Virus record (IMG/VR): IMGVR_UViG_3300038315_001936
Coordinates: 1-33,708 of that record
Length of the DNA: 33,708 bases
From: a virus
Taxonomy: Duplodnaviria; Caudoviricetes
Strand: one strand, 5' to 3'
Part shown: positions 7,822 to 16,613 of the stretch, in pieces
How positions within the stretch are numbered: the first letter of the stretch is position 1
How the letters are laid out: each line of letters opens with the position of its first letter
Notes under the pieces: generated by a model
What the model saw: only the letters and a program-made list of their open reading frames with translations
The model's database searches: none
Told to the model about the DNA's origin: nothing
Program-made: the position numbers and the translations under genes

Positions 7822-7917
7822 GAAAAGGAAAACCCGCACAGGGGCTAATCTGTGCGGGTTCTCGTAACCACCTAAGAAGCGGTTGAAACTCTACAGCACC
7901 ACGTTAGCCCATGTGCT
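7822..7917 (-). ncRNA. Candidate three-hairpin leader or small RNA (element B) ending in an intrinsic terminator
   Basis: Minus strand: GTTAGC/GCTAAC hairpin, AACCGC/GTGGTT hairpin, AACCCGCACAG/CTGTGCGGGTT stem plus TTCCTTTT; loop TTAGCCC is complementary to 5' GGGCTAA. Confidence 0.55.
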
Positions 7918-7922
7918 AACTC

Positions 7923-7928
7923 TATTTA
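7923..7928 (-). promoter_or_regulatory. TAAATA late-type motif
   Basis: TATTTA on + strand, just upstream of element B. Confidence 0.6.
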
Positions 7929-7951
7929 GTGCCTAGTGCGCCTTGGTGTCA

Positions 7952-8464
7952 TTATTCATGTGATGCTAATAGCTCGTCCAGTTGCATCTTTTTGAAGCTG
8001 GAACGGCAATCGTCGAAGTGACTGCGCACCTTGTACATATCAGCGGTGGAAATGGTTAGAACAGCTTCGCCACCTAGTTGCACTTCCATCTTCTCGCCGA
8101 ATTGACTTGTAAGTGCATCAAACTCCAAGCGAGGCAGGTAGAGCATGAAATCCCCCTCCCCTGCTTCTGCTTCGCCGCGCCATGTGCTGCCATTGCCATT
8201 CACGATAGTAGCAGTGCCAAGTTCGTCACCCTCCGCGTAGGTCCAATCCTTGCGATGGATGAACATGGCTACATAGTCGTTGTCCTCAAAAGTGGCCCGC
8301 GTGTAAGATACTGCCAAGATAGTTGGCTCGGCACCTTCATAGCCGAAAACACCGCCAGCCGTACAAGATCCGTTCTCGTCCACTTTTAATCGCCAGTTAT
8401 CGCTATTTGCGGTCGCGCTAGTGGCGCAAACTGCTAGCGCTAGTCCTAGTATTAACTTTTTCAT
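7952..8464 (-). CDS. Hypothetical secreted or periplasmic protein
   Basis: Signal peptide MKKLILGLALAVCATSATA; GAGGAAGGG SD. Confidence 0.85.
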   Translation of the reverse strand: MKKLILGLALAVCATSATANSDNWRLKVDENGSCTAGGVFGYEGAEPTILAVSYTRATFEDNDYVAMFIHRKDWTYAEGDELGTATIVNGNGSTWRGEAEAGEGDFMLYLPRLEFDALTSQFGEKMEVQLGGEAVLTISTADMYKVRSHFDDCRSSFKKMQLDELLASHE

Positions 8465-8542
8465 CGGTTGCCCTTCCTCGGTTCACTAGCCTCGTCGGTA
8501 TTGCCATGCCTAGCGATAGTCTACCGAATTTAGTGGTGTGGC

Positions 8543-8548
8543 TAAGTA
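8543..8548 (+). promoter_or_regulatory. TAAGTA late-type motif upstream of terL
   Basis: 4 nt before ATG 8553; TGCCAT (8502-8507) can pair over the start codon. Confidence 0.55.
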
Positions 8549-8552
8549 GTGG

Positions 8553-9929
8553 ATGGCACAAGGCACATTCACTCCAAACCCCATGCAGTCTTCGCTTATG
8601 GCGATTGCGTGGAATGACCCCGAAGTACAAAATATCTTACTCGCGGGTGGTAGCCGTGGCGGTAAGTCCGCTGGCATCATGGCGCTGTTTATTATGCGCG
8701 CCCTCGCAGCGCCGAATACCAAGCATGGTATCTTTCGTCTCACGCTAACCAACTGCAATAAGCAGCTTGGTCCTGCTCGCGGCACGTTTCCAGAAGTGCT
8801 GGACCTGCTTTATCCCGGCAAAAGGCAGCAATGGGAGAAGCTACCGGATGTTGGCACTTTCAAGAGCGACAGCATTTACCGCTTTCCCAATGGCAGTGAG
8901 ATACTTTTCGAAGGTCTGGACAAGACGCGCATCGACAACGTGCTTGGTGGCGAATACTCCACTGTTTGGGTCAACGAATGCAACCAGATCAAGGATTATG
9001 AAGACGTAATCCTACAGCTTGCCAGCCGTATGAACGGCAGGGGCTTCCTTGAGAGCAATGGCAAGCCTGTAAAGGACGCTCAGGGCAATCCTGTCCCGCT
9101 ACGTCCCCTAACCATCTTCGACTGCAACCCTGCCTTTGAGGATGATTGGGAGTGCCAGCTATTCAGGGACCACAAAGACCCGCTTTCCGGTCAACCACTC
9201 GACTATCCAGAGTGGTACAAGCTGCTCAAAGTCCCGACCGAGGACAACGCCGCTAATCAGGCCGCGAATTACCAGCTAGGTTTGAAGGCAAGATACAAGC
9301 ATTCGAGCAAGCAGATGGCTCGCTTCGTGCTTGGTGAGTGGTCGAAGAACAATCCAATGGCGCTGTTCAAGCGCGAATGGTTCAAATGGGGCGACGTTAA
9401 GAAGTCTGACCTCGTTAAAATCGTGGTGGCGGTGGACCCCTCAGGCAACCAAGGCAACAAGGGCGACTACACGGGTATCGTAGTGGCAGGAATCGACGCC
9501 AGCGGGCATGTATGGGTCTTAGAGGACGCATCGCTTAAAGCTACGCCGGAAGTATGGGCTGAGAAAGCCGTTGCCATGTATGACGATTGGCAAGCAGACT
9601 ACATCGTGGCTGAAAAGAACTTCGGCGGTGAAATGGTCCGCACTGTCATCAACGGAGTAAGGCGCAATGCTCCATTGAAATTAGTGAACGCCACCCGCGC
9701 AAAGATCGTCCGCGCTGAACCAGTCGCAATCCAGTACAGCAATGGCAACGTGACGCACTTGGATGGCTTGAAAGAGCTTGAAGCGCAGATGATGGACTAT
9801 GACGAGAACGCGAAGAAGTCACCAGACAGAATGGACGCTCTAGTATGGGCACTGACTGAGTTACTACGCCTCAACGGCGGCGCTTCTGGCGAAACCAGAC
9901 TAGTAAGACACGGACTGCCCTCGTTCTAG
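8553..9929 (+). CDS. terL: Terminase large subunit
   Basis: Walker A GGSRGGKS, Walker B VWVNE, coupling motif CNP, RNase H-like VAVDPS and DRMDALVWA. Confidence 0.95.
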   Translation: MAQGTFTPNPMQSSLMAIAWNDPEVQNILLAGGSRGGKSAGIMALFIMRALAAPNTKHGIFRLTLTNCNKQLGPARGTFPEVLDLLYPGKRQQWEKLPDVGTFKSDSIYRFPNGSEILFEGLDKTRIDNVLGGEYSTVWVNECNQIKDYEDVILQLASRMNGRGFLESNGKPVKDAQGNPVPLRPLTIFDCNPAFEDDWECQLFRDHKDPLSGQPLDYPEWYKLLKVPTEDNAANQAANYQLGLKARYKHSSKQMARFVLGEWSKNNPMALFKREWFKWGDVKKSDLVKIVVAVDPSGNQGNKGDYTGIVVAGIDASGHVWVLEDASLKATPEVWAEKAVAMYDDWQADYIVAEKNFGGEMVRTVINGVRRNAPLKLVNATRAKIVRAEPVAIQYSNGNVTHLDGLKELEAQMMDYDENAKKSPDRMDALVWALTELLRLNGGASGETRLVRHGLPSF

Positions 9930-9933
9930 ATAG

Positions 9934-9939
9934 TAAATA
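9934..9939 (+). promoter_or_regulatory. TAAATA late-type motif upstream of portal
   Basis: Overlaps the 5' arm (9938-9948) of a hairpin pairing over the GTG start. Confidence 0.7.
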
Positions 9940-9966
9940 CGGGACTACTAATTCAGAGGTATTCCC

Positions 9967-11352
9967 GTGGCGATTGATGAGCGCAGTGAGATTTTTGCGA
10001 AGCACGTAGAGCGTATTGAACGCAACCGCGACGTTATCGCTGGTACAAGAGCAGTTAAGAAGGCAGGGACAAGGTACCTACCTTACGCTTTTAAGCAGCA
10101 AGCCGAGGATGATGAATCCTACCAGCGCTACAAAATGCAGGTCCCGTTCTACCCTGCTGCTAGCCGCGCGCATGACGGCTTCATGGGTATGGCGTTCCGC
10201 AAGGAACCAGTTGCAGAGCTACCTCCGCGCACATCGCAGATCAAATCGATCATCACGAACCGAGGCGACAGTCTAGAGCGCTTGGCGAAATACACTTTTG
10301 CGGAGGCCATCACAGGCCACGCACTATTAGTGACAGATCACCCCACTTCAAAGGCAACTAGCCTCGCAACGGCTATTGATGAAGGCATTCGTCCTTTCAT
10401 CAACCTATACAAGTTCGAACACATCCTTGAGTACACGGTTGGCATCGTTCGCAACATGCAGAAGCCCATCCGTGTTCGCCTGCTGGACAATGACGAGACT
10501 GTCCGTCTGTACAAACTCGATAAGGACGGCTTCGTAGTCATCGAATTGTACAAGAAGGTGGAAGGGTCATTTCCACCTGAAGGTGCGCCTACCCAGACAT
10601 TCAAACCCACTGACGCTAACGGAAATCGCATTGTCGATATTCCGGTCGATCCGGTCAGTCTCGATGGAGAATTCCACCCCACCACCGGCCCCTTGGACAA
10701 TGTCGTTGAAACTAACCTAGACCACTACCTCAAGCAGGGTCAGCTTACGGTCCTCACGCTCTACGGCATTAGCCCTTTCTTGTTCTTCTCAGGGGTCGAA
10801 CGTGGAACGGATATTGATTGGGTTCCCGGCGGCGTATTTTGCGATCCCGAGAAGGAAGCAAAGCCCTACGTCGTCAGCGTACCGGCTGACCATGCGATAC
10901 CCCTAGAACATCAGCTACAGTCCCTTGAGGACCGTCTTGCAACGCTGACAAGCCGCATCCTCGCTCGTCACAAGCCGGTTGCTGAAGCGGCTGAGACAGA
11001 AGCCATGCGACAGGGCGCTGAAAACTCCGTGTTGGCAATGATCGCAAACAGCGTGAGCGAGGCAATCGAAAAAGCGTTGCAGCGCGTTGCGATGTTCCTC
11101 GGCGAGGAAGGATCTGTGCGCTTCCAGATAAACACGGACTACATTCCCGCTAATCTGGACGCCAACCAGATAAAGGCGTTGCTCGAACTGAACCAAGCTG
11201 GACGCTATTCAGACGAAAGCCTGTTCTACAAGCTGCGCGATGGTGGCCAGTATGACGAGACGCTGACATACGACGAAGAGAAAAAGCGCATTGCTGCTTC
11301 TACTCCTGTTGAAGTGCCAGTTGCTCCAACCGGTCTAGCCTCTCCTGAATAA
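9967..11352 (+). CDS. Portal protein (DUF4055-like)
   Basis: Follows terL; AVKKAGTRYLP, GMAFRKEP and ENSVLAMIANSVSEAI motifs. Confidence 0.92.
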   Translation: MAIDERSEIFAKHVERIERNRDVIAGTRAVKKAGTRYLPYAFKQQAEDDESYQRYKMQVPFYPAASRAHDGFMGMAFRKEPVAELPPRTSQIKSIITNRGDSLERLAKYTFAEAITGHALLVTDHPTSKATSLATAIDEGIRPFINLYKFEHILEYTVGIVRNMQKPIRVRLLDNDETVRLYKLDKDGFVVIELYKKVEGSFPPEGAPTQTFKPTDANGNRIVDIPVDPVSLDGEFHPTTGPLDNVVETNLDHYLKQGQLTVLTLYGISPFLFFSGVERGTDIDWVPGGVFCDPEKEAKPYVVSVPADHAIPLEHQLQSLEDRLATLTSRILARHKPVAEAAETEAMRQGAENSVLAMIANSVSEAIEKALQRVAMFLGEEGSVRFQINTDYIPANLDANQIKALLELNQAGRYSDESLFYKLRDGGQYDETLTYDEEKKRIAASTPVEVPVAPTGLASPE

Positions 11353-11355
11353 GTA
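11350..11355 (+). promoter_or_regulatory. TAAGTA late-type motif upstream of scaffold gene
   Basis: Overlaps the portal stop codon, directly before a structured leader. Confidence 0.5.
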
Positions 11356-11359
11356 AAGA

Positions 11360-11422
11360 TGTACTGGTCCTGCCGGTACAAGCCGCGGTCCTGCCGCACC
11401 CTTTACGTTGGCTCCTGGCCAG
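11360..11422 (+). promoter_or_regulatory. Three hairpins sharing a TCCTG loop in the scaffold leader
   Basis: TGTACTGG-TCCTG-CCGGTACA, GCGG-TCCTG-CCGC, TTGGC-TCCTG-GCCAG. Confidence 0.7.
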
Positions 11423-11435
11423 AGAGGTTACTAAA

Positions 11436-12059
11436 ATGACTGAAGAAGAAATGAAGGCTAAAATCGCCTCACTTGAGGCTGAGAAAGAAGGTCTTAAAAC
11501 TAAGAACAGCGAACTTATCGACCGCGAGAAAGCTGCAAAGACAGCCGCTGAAACGGCAACGCGGGAAAAGGAAGAGGCTGCCGAGAGGGCTAAGTTGGAA
11601 TCCGGTACTGAACTGGAACAGGCACAGGCTCAAATTAAGAAGCTAGAACGCGAACGCGATCAAGCGGTTGAGCGGGCTGATAAGTCCGAAGGCGCACTAA
11701 AGTCAGCCAATCTATCGAACGGCATCAAGGCGGCGCTCACTGCGAACAACGTCAACACTAATCTAGCACCTGCTGTTGAAGCTCTATTCACGAGCAAGGC
11801 CGTGTTTGATGATGACGCTCCTACAATCGAAGACCTGCCACTAGCTGACTACGCGAGGAAGTTCTTCGCCAGCAAGGAAGGCCAGTTCTTTGTCGACGCT
11901 CCGAAGTCGAGTGGTAGCGGCTCAACTGGCGCAGAGGCGGTAGACGCATATGCGAACAAGCCGTTTAACGCAGAACAGTTTTCCATCCAACGTAAGACTG
12001 ACCCTGCGGGGGCAGAAGCGTGGGCAAAGGCTACTGGAAATGACCACCTTGTGAACTAA
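11436..12059 (+). CDS. Capsid scaffolding protein
   Basis: Charged coiled coil, GLKTKNSELI and SSGSGS linker, between portal and capsid. Confidence 0.85.
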   Translation: MTEEEMKAKIASLEAEKEGLKTKNSELIDREKAAKTAAETATREKEEAAERAKLESGTELEQAQAQIKKLERERDQAVERADKSEGALKSANLSNGIKAALTANNVNTNLAPAVEALFTSKAVFDDDAPTIEDLPLADYARKFFASKEGQFFVDAPKSSGSGSTGAEAVDAYANKPFNAEQFSIQRKTDPAGAEAWAKATGNDHLVN

Positions 12060-12093
12060 CGGCTGAACTAAGCACGGTTAGCGGTCGCCATAA

Positions 12094-12099
12094 TAAATA
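12094..12099 (+). promoter_or_regulatory. TAAATA late-type motif upstream of capsid gene
   Basis: Overlaps a 13-nt arm (12084-12096) complementary to the start region (12149-12161). Confidence 0.72.
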
Positions 12100-12153
12100 C
12101 CCGAGGAAACCCGGAAAGGCTGGGTTCGACCATTAGAAAACTCGGAGGTTATT

Positions 12154-13170
12154 ATGGCGACTCCACGCCTACAAAACGCATTTGATCCAAAGACGTACAC
12201 GCGTCTGGTCGAGAAGGCAGTTCTCGACAAGTCCGTCCTTTTTAATTCGACCGCTATTTCGCGTAATGCAGAGTTTGATCGTCTAGCTGGTGAAGCTGGC
12301 CTTTCGGTTATTATGCCTTACTTCGACGAACTAGATGGTGACGCAGAAGTTGGTTCGCGTGACGCTAGCGTAGCTGGCGCAGTCGGCGCGCTGAACATGG
12401 GCGACATGATTGCCCAGAAGGACTTCCTCAGCAAGGCATGGGGTGTTTCCAAGCTAGACGCTCAGCTTTCAGGCGTTGAGGACGTTCTTTCTGCATCGGC
12501 TGAGAAGACCGCTCGTTATTGGCTGCGCCAGTACGAAGCTCTTCTGGTTCGCAAGCTCAAGGGCATCATCGCAGACAGCGAAGCAAACCACGAAGGCGAC
12601 ATGGTGAAGAACATCTACAATGACGTAGCTGTTGGTTCACTCAATGAAGCCAACTTCATCAATCCCGGCGCTGTTATCGACACCATGCTAACGCTTGGCG
12701 ACAACTTCGATGACATTGGCCTTATCGTTATGCCAACCGTTGTTTACGGCAATGGCTTGAAGAACGAAGCAGACCAGTTTGCTGCTCCTTCTTCGGTTAG
12801 CCCGTTCACTACTTACCGTAACAAGCCAGTTCTCGTAACCGATGGACTGACTTCACGCGCAGGCAGCAACGCTCCTGAATACACCACCTACTTCCTAGGC
12901 ACCGGCGCTTTCGGCTTCGGCGCAAAGGCAGGTTTGGGTGGCGAAAACGTGATCGTTACCGACGAGCGCGCAGGCCGTAACATGGGCGCAACCGACCTGA
13001 TTACTCGTCAGCCAGGTTTCATCATGCACCCTACGGGTTACACCTCAAAGGCTCCTATCACGGACGCAAACGCAGGCCCGCTACCAGCTTCATACGAAGC
13101 AGAAGATAGCTGGACCCGTGTTGCAGACCGCAAGGCAGTCAAGGTCGCTGCTCTAAAGTCGAACGGCTAA
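12154..13170 (+). CDS. Major capsid protein
   Basis: GGAGG SD, 338 aa; MPYFDELDG, YTTYFLGTGAF and FIMHPTGY motifs; terminator follows. Confidence 0.92.
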   Translation: MATPRLQNAFDPKTYTRLVEKAVLDKSVLFNSTAISRNAEFDRLAGEAGLSVIMPYFDELDGDAEVGSRDASVAGAVGALNMGDMIAQKDFLSKAWGVSKLDAQLSGVEDVLSASAEKTARYWLRQYEALLVRKLKGIIADSEANHEGDMVKNIYNDVAVGSLNEANFINPGAVIDTMLTLGDNFDDIGLIVMPTVVYGNGLKNEADQFAAPSSVSPFTTYRNKPVLVTDGLTSRAGSNAPEYTTYFLGTGAFGFGAKAGLGGENVIVTDERAGRNMGATDLITRQPGFIMHPTGYTSKAPITDANAGPLPASYEAEDSWTRVADRKAVKVAALKSNG

Positions 13171-13191
13171 TAGACCAACACCAACAAGAAC

Positions 13192-13225
13192 GGCTCGTCT
13201 CACTTCGGTGCGGCGAGCCTTTCTC
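13192..13225 (+). terminator. Rho-independent terminator
   Basis: GGCTCGTC..CAC-TTCG-GTG..GGCGAGCC followed by TTTCTC. Confidence 0.75.
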
Positions 13226-13234
13226 GTCTTGGAG

Positions 13235-13240
13235 TAAATA
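13235..13240 (+). promoter_or_regulatory. TAAATA late-type motif
   Basis: TAAATA-ccgac-ATG(13246), right after the capsid terminator. Confidence 0.7.
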
Positions 13241-13245
13241 CCGAC

Positions 13246-13668
13246 ATGGCGAAACTACCTACAGTTGAAGCGGCAGACGCTTATCACGAAGCACGGCTCC
13301 ATTTGAAATGGCAGGACTTCACTTACGAGCAAAAAGAGGCCGCTCTTTACAAAGCGATGGACTACCTCACCTTCTACGAATTGAGAGATTACTCGTATGA
13401 AGGTGCGGCGGCAGTCGCAAAGTACGATGCGCTGGTTGAGCGAGCTATTATCATGCTTGCGCCCGAACTGGCAGCTTCGAACAGCATTGCGGCAACTCCG
13501 CTGGTCCTGAAGGAATCCAGCAGCGTGAAGCAGGGTCTAGTAGCCGAATCCAAGGAATACGCTCGCCCAACGGCTGACCGTTTCCCTCAAGTAACAGCAT
13601 TGCTCAAGCCAATCCTGATCTCATCTAAAGTGGGTGGAAGCGGCATGATGCGAATTATCAAATACTAA
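13246..13668 (+). CDS. Head-tail connector or adaptor (DnaT-like family)
   Basis: TVEAADAYH...W...KEAALYKAMDYL motif; position after capsid. Confidence 0.8.
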   Translation: MAKLPTVEAADAYHEARLHLKWQDFTYEQKEAALYKAMDYLTFYELRDYSYEGAAAVAKYDALVERAIIMLAPELAASNSIAATPLVLKESSSVKQGLVAESKEYARPTADRFPQVTALLKPILISSKVGGSGMMRIIKY

Positions 13669-13677
13669 GAGGTAATT

Positions 13678-13929
13678 ATGGCAAAGAAAAAGAACAAAGT
13701 CGCTACCGTTACTCTGCTGCAAATCCAGCATAAGCGCACGAATTTCTCTACCTACATTCCGAAGGAAGACTTCGAAGCTCACGACGAAGAATACCGTGCG
13801 AATTGGCATGTTGTGAACGAGAAGAAGGTAATTGACCCTGCCCTTGATGCAGTCGAAGAGACACCTGCGCAGGAAGAAGCGCCTGCAGAAGCAGAAGCTG
13901 AAACCGACGCTACTGAAGCGAAGGACTAA
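13678..13929 (+). CDS. Hypothetical small virion-associated protein
   Basis: GAGGT SD, acidic tail, position in neck cluster. Confidence 0.8.
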   Translation: MAKKKNKVATVTLLQIQHKRTNFSTYIPKEDFEAHDEEYRANWHVVNEKKVIDPALDAVEETPAQEEAPAEAEAETDATEAKD

Positions 13930-13932
13930 GCT

Positions 13933-14277
13933 ATGACCCCGCTAGAGGCTCAAGCTAAGCTAGACAGTGCCATTGAAGAATATGGCACTCGCGCTAGCCT
14001 TACTTCTGCCTCTAGCGTCGTCGTGGACGAGCGCGAAGGCACTGTCACTAAGAGTGATAGCACCCGCGCCCTATTGCTTTTCGAGGATGACGTAGAGGTC
14101 ACAGCCGTTGATGGTGTTTACGTTGCCGAAACAACGGCAATGGTGCGCTTGGACGAGGAAGTCCAAGTTGGTGACACAATCGCGTTCGGTGGCTGGACGT
14201 TCCGCGTTGGTGCTACCTTGGACACTGAAATCCAAGGCGTTGGCCTAGGGCAAAAGCTGTTCCTGAGGTCAATCTAA
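13933..14277 (+). CDS. Putative head-closure protein
   Basis: Beta-rich 114 aa with VGDTIAFGGWTFRV; synteny. Confidence 0.65.
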   Translation: MTPLEAQAKLDSAIEEYGTRASLTSASSVVVDEREGTVTKSDSTRALLLFEDDVEVTAVDGVYVAETTAMVRLDEEVQVGDTIAFGGWTFRVGATLDTEIQGVGLGQKLFLRSI

Positions 14278-14672
14278 TGGCCAGCGGCTTGCGCAACCTG
14301 AGGGGCTTCAAGCAGGGGCTGAAGCGGGGGCAGAAGAGCTTCGAGGACGCTGCGCTCAAGCGACAGAAGGACATTGCGAAAGCGATTGTCGTCAATCTCG
14401 TCAACGCAACACCAAAAGACACCGGAGAGGCAGAGTCCAACTGGCAAGCTGGCATCGGCAGCACACCAACGTCTGTCCTTGAGCCAACCTCGCCAAGTGA
14501 GACGATCGCGAAGGCTTTTGCAGTGATTGACGCACTTCAGCCCGGCGAAGTCCTGAACATCGTCAACAACGTGGATCACCTCAAATATCTCATCGCAGGT
14601 TCGTCCACTCAGGCACCGCAAGACTTCGTGGTGAAGGAAGTTCAGCGCGCTATTCGGGAGACCCGCAAATGA
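14277..14672 (+). CDS. Neck or tail-completion protein (HK97 gp10-like)
   Basis: TPKDTGEAESNW, NNVDHL and GSSTQAP motifs. Confidence 0.8.
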   Translation: MASGLRNLRGFKQGLKRGQKSFEDAALKRQKDIAKAIVVNLVNATPKDTGEAESNWQAGIGSTPTSVLEPTSPSETIAKAFAVIDALQPGEVLNIVNNVDHLKYLIAGSSTQAPQDFVVKEVQRAIRETRK

Positions 14673-15088
14673 GCATCGAGATAGACGTTAGAGCGCTGAC
14701 AGACCGCTTTCTAAGCGAGTGGGATGAAAAGCATTCCGAGATACCAAGGCTGCTTGAGAACATGCCAACGCAGAGGCCAGCAACAGGCCCCTTTGTGCGC
14801 TTCATTGCCGACCCTAACGAAGTGGCGCATCGCGCAGGTGGCAAAGACAATCCCGTGATGGAGCGAACGGGACAAGTTACGATCCAGATTTGCGTACCAG
14901 CCGAAGAGGGAAACAACCTCGCATGGAAGCTGGCAGATAGTTCAAGAGCTATCTTCCATTTCTGGCACAGTGCTGACGACAAACTGCGCTGCGGTGACAG
15001 CCGAATTAACCGTCGCCCTCCCCTAGAAAACGACCCCTATTTCATCGTCACTGTATCTACGTCCTACCAGTCCATCCGGCACGGATAA
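14669..15088 (+). CDS. Tail terminator protein
   Basis: RTGQVTIQICVP...G motif; directly precedes tail tube gene. Confidence 0.75.
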   Translation: MSIEIDVRALTDRFLSEWDEKHSEIPRLLENMPTQRPATGPFVRFIADPNEVAHRAGGKDNPVMERTGQVTIQICVPAEEGNNLAWKLADSSRAIFHFWHSADDKLRCGDSRINRRPPLENDPYFIVTVSTSYQSIRHG

Positions 15089-15099
15089 CGCGGTCCGAC

Positions 15100-15105
15100 T
15101 AAATA
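15100..15105 (+). promoter_or_regulatory. TAAATA late-type motif in a hairpin loop
   Basis: TCCGAC-TAAATAC-GTCGGA; GGTCCGACTAAATAC recurs exactly at 16982. Confidence 0.72.
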
Positions 15106-15155
15106 CGTCGGAAGCCGCTGCGGCTTCGCAAACTCTAATTAAATGGAGGCCGCAA

Positions 15156-16061
15156 ATGGCAATTAATAATGGTGATACACGTATCGCTATCGTTGCAGAG
15201 ACCACAAAGGGGTTTACTCCTGCAACTCCTGCTTTCCTGTTGGTTGACCACCTTCCCGGATCAAAGATCGCAGAAGCTGGCGATTCCAATAGCTCGAACA
15301 CTCGTAAAGCTGGACGTACTTCGTCCGGTCAGGTTGTTTCGGGACGCCGTGCAGAAGGTACGATCCAGAGCGAATTGAAGCGCGATGCTGCAACTGAACT
15401 TCTGTTGGCGTCAGCCTTCTGTGGTGCATGGGAAGGCGACGTACTGAAGGGCGGAAAGACTGACACCTCATTCACCGTGGAGCAGACTTATTACGATGGT
15501 GATGCAGAACACATTCGTCGCGCAACCGGTGTGCAAGCTAGCTTCAGCCTTGAGTGTGAATACAACGGCTTCGCAAATGCGACCTTCGAACTACTCGGCC
15601 TAGGTTGTGAGCACGAGGTTGAGCCAATCGCTGACGCAACCTACACAAACGCTTCCACCAAGCCCTTCATTCGTGGCGAGAAAGTCACCAATGTCGTTAT
15701 TGGTGGCCTTAACGGCATCATCCCAACCAAGCTCAGCCTCTCGGTAATGCCAGAGCGCGAAGCTAAGGGTGGCTTTGGTTCACTTTCGGCTGCATTCATC
15801 GGTACTGGTAAGAAGCAAGTTGAAGGTAGCCTTACCTTCCTCGCATCTGACTTGGCTGGCATGAACCTGACAGGCGAAAGAATTAACATCAGCTTCCAGA
15901 TGGAAAGCGGTGTGAATGGTTACCAGTTCAGCATTCCAGTTTCCGCAATCGGTGTCGTTTCAGACAATGAAGATGGCACTGCGCTTGAAATCGAAGTTCC
16001 ATTCATTGCTGACCGTGATGAAGTTCAGGAAACCGACATTGTACTAACTCGCCTTTCCTAA
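15156..16061 (+). CDS. Major tail tube protein
   Basis: GGAGG SD; IVAETTKGFTPATP and SFTVEQ motifs; synteny. Confidence 0.88.
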   Translation: MAINNGDTRIAIVAETTKGFTPATPAFLLVDHLPGSKIAEAGDSNSSNTRKAGRTSSGQVVSGRRAEGTIQSELKRDAATELLLASAFCGAWEGDVLKGGKTDTSFTVEQTYYDGDAEHIRRATGVQASFSLECEYNGFANATFELLGLGCEHEVEPIADATYTNASTKPFIRGEKVTNVVIGGLNGIIPTKLSLSVMPEREAKGGFGSLSAAFIGTGKKQVEGSLTFLASDLAGMNLTGERINISFQMESGVNGYQFSIPVSAIGVVSDNEDGTALEIEVPFIADRDEVQETDIVLTRLS

Positions 16062-16135
16062 TCACTTCCTGATTAACAGGGCGAGCGTGGGGCCACTTTT
16101 ATCTGGTTGGTGGCCCCACAACCATGAGCAGCAAC

Positions 16136-16141
16136 TAAATA
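16136..16141 (+). promoter_or_regulatory. TAAATA late-type motif upstream of tail chaperone
   Basis: Intergenic, after a 10-bp hairpin at 16087-16119. Confidence 0.65.
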
Positions 16142-16181
16142 CACTGCAATCGCTTTTGGTTGCCTCAAACCGGAGAACTAC

Positions 16182-16613
16182 ATGACATATAATTTCAAGA
16201 AGAAGGCTCCCCGTAAGGATACGATTGAGCACACTGTCTATCATCCAGATGGTGACGAAGTTGGTGGCTTCACAATCAAGTACCACCTGCAAAGCGATCC
16301 ACGCTGGACCAAGCGCCTCATGGATATGAAGAAGCTGCTTAAACCAGCCGATGTGCGTCGTCTCGAAAATCCAAAGACGGAAGAAGACATTCTCTTCACT
16401 CGTCAGCAGAGCATGAATGCTTTCATCGATCACGTTATCGTAGATAGCAGGCTGCTTGGTGACGACGATGAGGTTATCCCTCACAGTGCAGAAATGCTGA
16501 AGGAGTATTTTGCTGATCCTGAGAACTTCTGGGTTTTCTCGGAAATCGACCAGACATCAGCAGAGGTAGCGAACTTCCGCATTGAGCAGGCTGAAGAAGC
16601 AAAAAACGACTAA
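16182..16613 (+). CDS. Tail assembly chaperone (gpG-like)
   Basis: Between tail tube and tape measure; ends in slippery A AAA AAC. Confidence 0.85.
   Translation: MTYNFKKKAPRKDTIEHTVYHPDGDEVGGFTIKYHLQSDPRWTKRLMDMKKLLKPADVRRLENPKTEEDILFTRQQSMNAFIDHVIVDSRLLGDDDEVIPHSAEMLKEYFADPENFWVFSEIDQTSAEVANFRIEQAEEAKND

Noticed and set aside
5556-8338. TCGGCACCTTC at 5556, 5891 and 8328 as recombination sites
   Set aside because: Only 11-12 nt, two copies read as the same EGAE codons in minus-strand ORFs, and there is no dyad symmetry.
8960-8985. terL Walker B reads VWVNE instead of hhhDE
   Set aside because: The catalytic Glu is kept and, as I recall, NE variants occur in other terminases; not evidence of inactivation.
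16087-16119. Hairpin after the tail tube gene (and a similar one at 26512-26542) as a terminator
   Set aside because: No U-tract follows; may be a stability or processing stem, so not called.
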